DNA from: Candidatus Multivoradales bacterium
GTDB lineage: Bacteria; Acidobacteriota; Thermoanaerobaculia; Multivoradales; J023
DNA length: 64,000 bases
NCBI GenBank assembly: GCA_965248925.1
Contig: CBDFLE010000006.1
Span: 1,152,001-1,216,000 of the forward strand
Direction: 5' to 3'
Each line of letters starts with the position of its first letter. The stretch's first letter is position 1. Position numbers and translations under genes: made by a program. The notes under the pieces are model-generated. The model ran no database searches. It was not told the origin of the DNA and was given only the letters and a program-made list of their open reading frames with translations. This document shows positions 61,843 through 64,000 of this stretch, in pieces.

Positions 61843-64000
61843 GGCGAGGTCCCTTTCTCCTGATCGCTTGGCGGCAGGCAGCGTCGAGCCGGCCCAATGA
61901 GGTCTTGCGCGCCGAGAGCCGATCGATGGTCTCGTTGAGAGCGAGCGAGCTATCACCGCGGTGGCGACGCTGACGGCGGATTTCGATGCGAATGCGGCGT
62001 TGGCTCCGGCGGAGAAAACTCCAGTGGCGCCGCGCGGCGCCGAGCTGGGGACCGGTCATTGAGTCTGCTAGAGCGGCGGGCAGCCGGCGCAGCAGGCGGC
62101 CCGCAGCCGCGGCCAATGGCGAGTCTTTGGCGACTACGGCTTCGAGACGGATCCACCAATCGGCCACCACCACCGCCTGGCGCAGCTCGAAGCTGCCGAA
62201 ACGCTCTCCTTGCCCCCAGTCCTCGAGCCATTGCTGGCCAAGATCTGCCTTGAGTCCACGGTGGCCAGGGCCGATCAACCACTCCTGGGTAGCAGATCGA
62301 ATCCAAGCCCGGTGCAGCTCTACCTCCAGGCCACGGCGCACCGCCTGGTGGAGTTCCCGATGTCCGGCTTGGTCGATCGCCGGTCCACCAACCAGGGCGC
62401 GGTCGAGGGCATCCGCAGTGAGTCGATCGAGAGTTGCTTGCCAGACAGCCGCAACCTGCGACTGAAACATGGCGCCGAGCAAGCGCCGAAGAGCCACCGG
62501 TTCGTCACCCTCCTCGCGGGCCAACAGAATCGCCAACAGCGAATCAAGACCCTCCCCTCGCTCAACCTGGTTTGGACCCGGTTCGGTTACAACGCTCTTT
62601 CCCTCGAGGACCGACTCGAAGGCCAACTGCACCAAAACCTGAGTGGCACCGGCCACCAGACGAGCCGACCGCTGAGTCGCGGAACTCGCGTCTTGCAGCC
62701 AATCGAGCAACTCGTAAGTCACTTGCTCGAGGTCGCCCTGCGGATGACGGCAATAGGCCAAGACATCGCCGAAGGCAGCCAGTGTGCTGCGATCCTCGAC
62801 CGACAGCCCCCCTACTGCGTGCTGCGGCACCAACAGCAACCGCCCTCCGGCAAACGCCTTGCGCCAGCCCTCTAGAGCGTCGAAGCCTTTGGTGAAACGC
62901 AGACGGCGAGTGAGGTCGCGGTGGATCGCTGGCTGATTCTGCTGTAGCTCGCTGAGAAAGGGACCGACCGTGCGTCGCGCTCGCCGCCGCTTGAGTAGCG
63001 CACCGACCAGCAGCTCGAGAGCCCCTATCCGCCGCCAGCCGCCAGCGACATCCGGCGTAGTGCTGAGAATCAGATGCACCTTGGCCAACCAGGCCTGGCC
63101 AAAATGTTCCGGGTATGCGTCGGCAGTAGCGGCCACCAATTCCGACAAGGACTCGCGAATCTCGTGGCTTGGATCTGCCAGCAAATAAGCCGGTATATGT
63201 TCGAGCTGCTCAAGGAAGAAGACATGTCCTTGGGTCCAGAAAAACTCTCGCAACTCCACTCGCAGGCGCGGATCTCGGTAGTCCAATGCTGGGGATTTGC
63301 GCCGTCCCTGACCCGGACGGCCAGCCGCAGTTCCGGGCGGCAGGACAATCAGTCCGCAAGCCTGCGAAATCCGCTGACGCTCTTTCACCCACACATCAAG
63401 CAACGAGCGCCGCTCCTCGCTCCACGCCACACCAGCCTCGAACTTGACCTCGCGTTCCTCTTGCCTACTCTCGAGCAGGCTCTTGAGCAGGCGATCCGAA
63501 TCCTTGACCGACAGGCCGGGAAAGAAGGTGACGACGAAATGTACCGCCGCCTCGAGGTAACGTTCGGGATCCAAGAGTCCTTCGAGACCGATATCCGCCT
63601 GACGAGATCGCTTCAGCTCAGCGATGTCACACTTGGCCTGCTTCTCGACCTCCTCAGCGAAACGCTCTTGACGCAGCAAGCTGTCGCAGATTTCGAAGAA
63701 TTGCTGGTCCTCGGCCGGCCAGCGCCCTTGGCGGCGTTGCTCGACCACCTGCTCCTGCAGCTGGCGCCAGTGGTGCGGATGGGCGCGCTGTAGTCGCGGG
63801 GGTAAGAAGTCAATCCATGCAAGGTCAGCACTCGATCGCGTTTCACCGACCCTTCCGGGGGTCGTGGCGACAATCCACAACCACTTTTTCTTGCGCAGGG
63901 CACCAGCGATCTGCGCCCGACTCTGCTCGCTGGCGCCAACCAAGGAGGTGAGAAAGGGCTCCGCGGCGGCGCTTCGGGCATCGACAACGATCAGCTTGCG
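61835..64000 (-). CDS. Large STAND-like/helical-repeat hypothetical protein; 5' end outside the window
   Basis: Frame open to the window edge (RKLIVVDA, Walker-B-like); long all-alpha C-terminal region. Confidence 0.6.
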   Translation of the reverse strand, partial: RKLIVVDARSAAAEPFLTSLVGASEQSRAQIAGALRKKKWLWIVATTPGRVGETRSSADLAWIDFLPPRLQRAHPHHWRQLQEQVVEQRRQGRWPAEDQQFFEICDSLLRQERFAEEVEKQAKCDIAELKRSRQADIGLEGLLDPERYLEAAVHFVVTFFPGLSVKDSDRLLKSLLESRQEEREVKFEAGVAWSEERRSLLDVWVKERQRISQACGLIVLPPGTAAGRPGQGRRKSPALDYRDPRLRVELREFFWTQGHVFFLEQLEHIPAYLLADPSHEIRESLSELVAATADAYPEHFGQAWLAKVHLILSTTPDVAGGWRRIGALELLVGALLKRRRARRTVGPFLSELQQNQPAIHRDLTRRLRFTKGFDALEGWRKAFAGGRLLLVPQHAVGGLSVEDRSTLAAFGDVLAYCRHPQGDLEQVTYELLDWLQDASSATQRSARLVAGATQVLVQLAFESVLEGKSVVTEPGPNQVERGEGLDSLLAILLAREEGDEPVALRRLLGAMFQSQVAAVWQATLDRLTADALDRALVGGPAIDQAGHRELHQAVRRGLEVELHRAWIRSATQEWLIGPGHRGLKADLGQQWLEDWGQGERFGSFELRQAVVVADWWIRLEAVVAKDSPLAAAAGRLLRRLPAALADSMTGPQLGAARRHWSFLRRSQRRIRIEIRRQRRHRGDSSLALNETIDRLSARKTSLGRLDAACRQAIRRKGPRHD

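Overview
High-GC bacterial window. Gene styles (secreted fibre proteins, HTH-TPR proteins, kinase-TM-TPR, a C-terminal FADDFE motif) suggest Acidobacteriota/Thermoanaerobaculia; this is an inference. Layout: (1) 1-13.2 kb, a surface-glycan locus with two paralogous fibre proteins, SGNH enzymes, methyltransferases, a Thr-type sulfatase-like protein and an MT-coiled-coil-GT2-GT4 fusion; (2) 13.5-17.4 kb, an alpha/beta-hydrolase plus TPR-S-trypsin pair, then an AAA_14/DUF4143 gene behind a 17-bp perfect inverted repeat; (3) housekeeping-type genes to 23.7 kb; (4) a RadC/HTH-TPR/Cys-rich secreted protein/beta-sandwich island beside a decapitated cytochrome c gene; (5) Zn-free rpmB-rpsN-rpmE2, phoX, ettA and pqqL; (6) a segment bounded by two copies of the pqqL 3' end 11,121 bp apart, carrying clusters of a 22-bp co-oriented REP-like repeat at gene breakpoints, a group II intron 5' fragment, a split ECF sigma and a frameshifted kinase; (7) a minus-strand operon: STAND-like protein, five-SPFH-repeat protein, Zn-ribbon-TM-TPR, signal-peptide caspase, TPR-like protein, DUF4384. 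Region 7 is the best candidate for an undescribed system. All family calls are from motif recognition by eye, not database searches.
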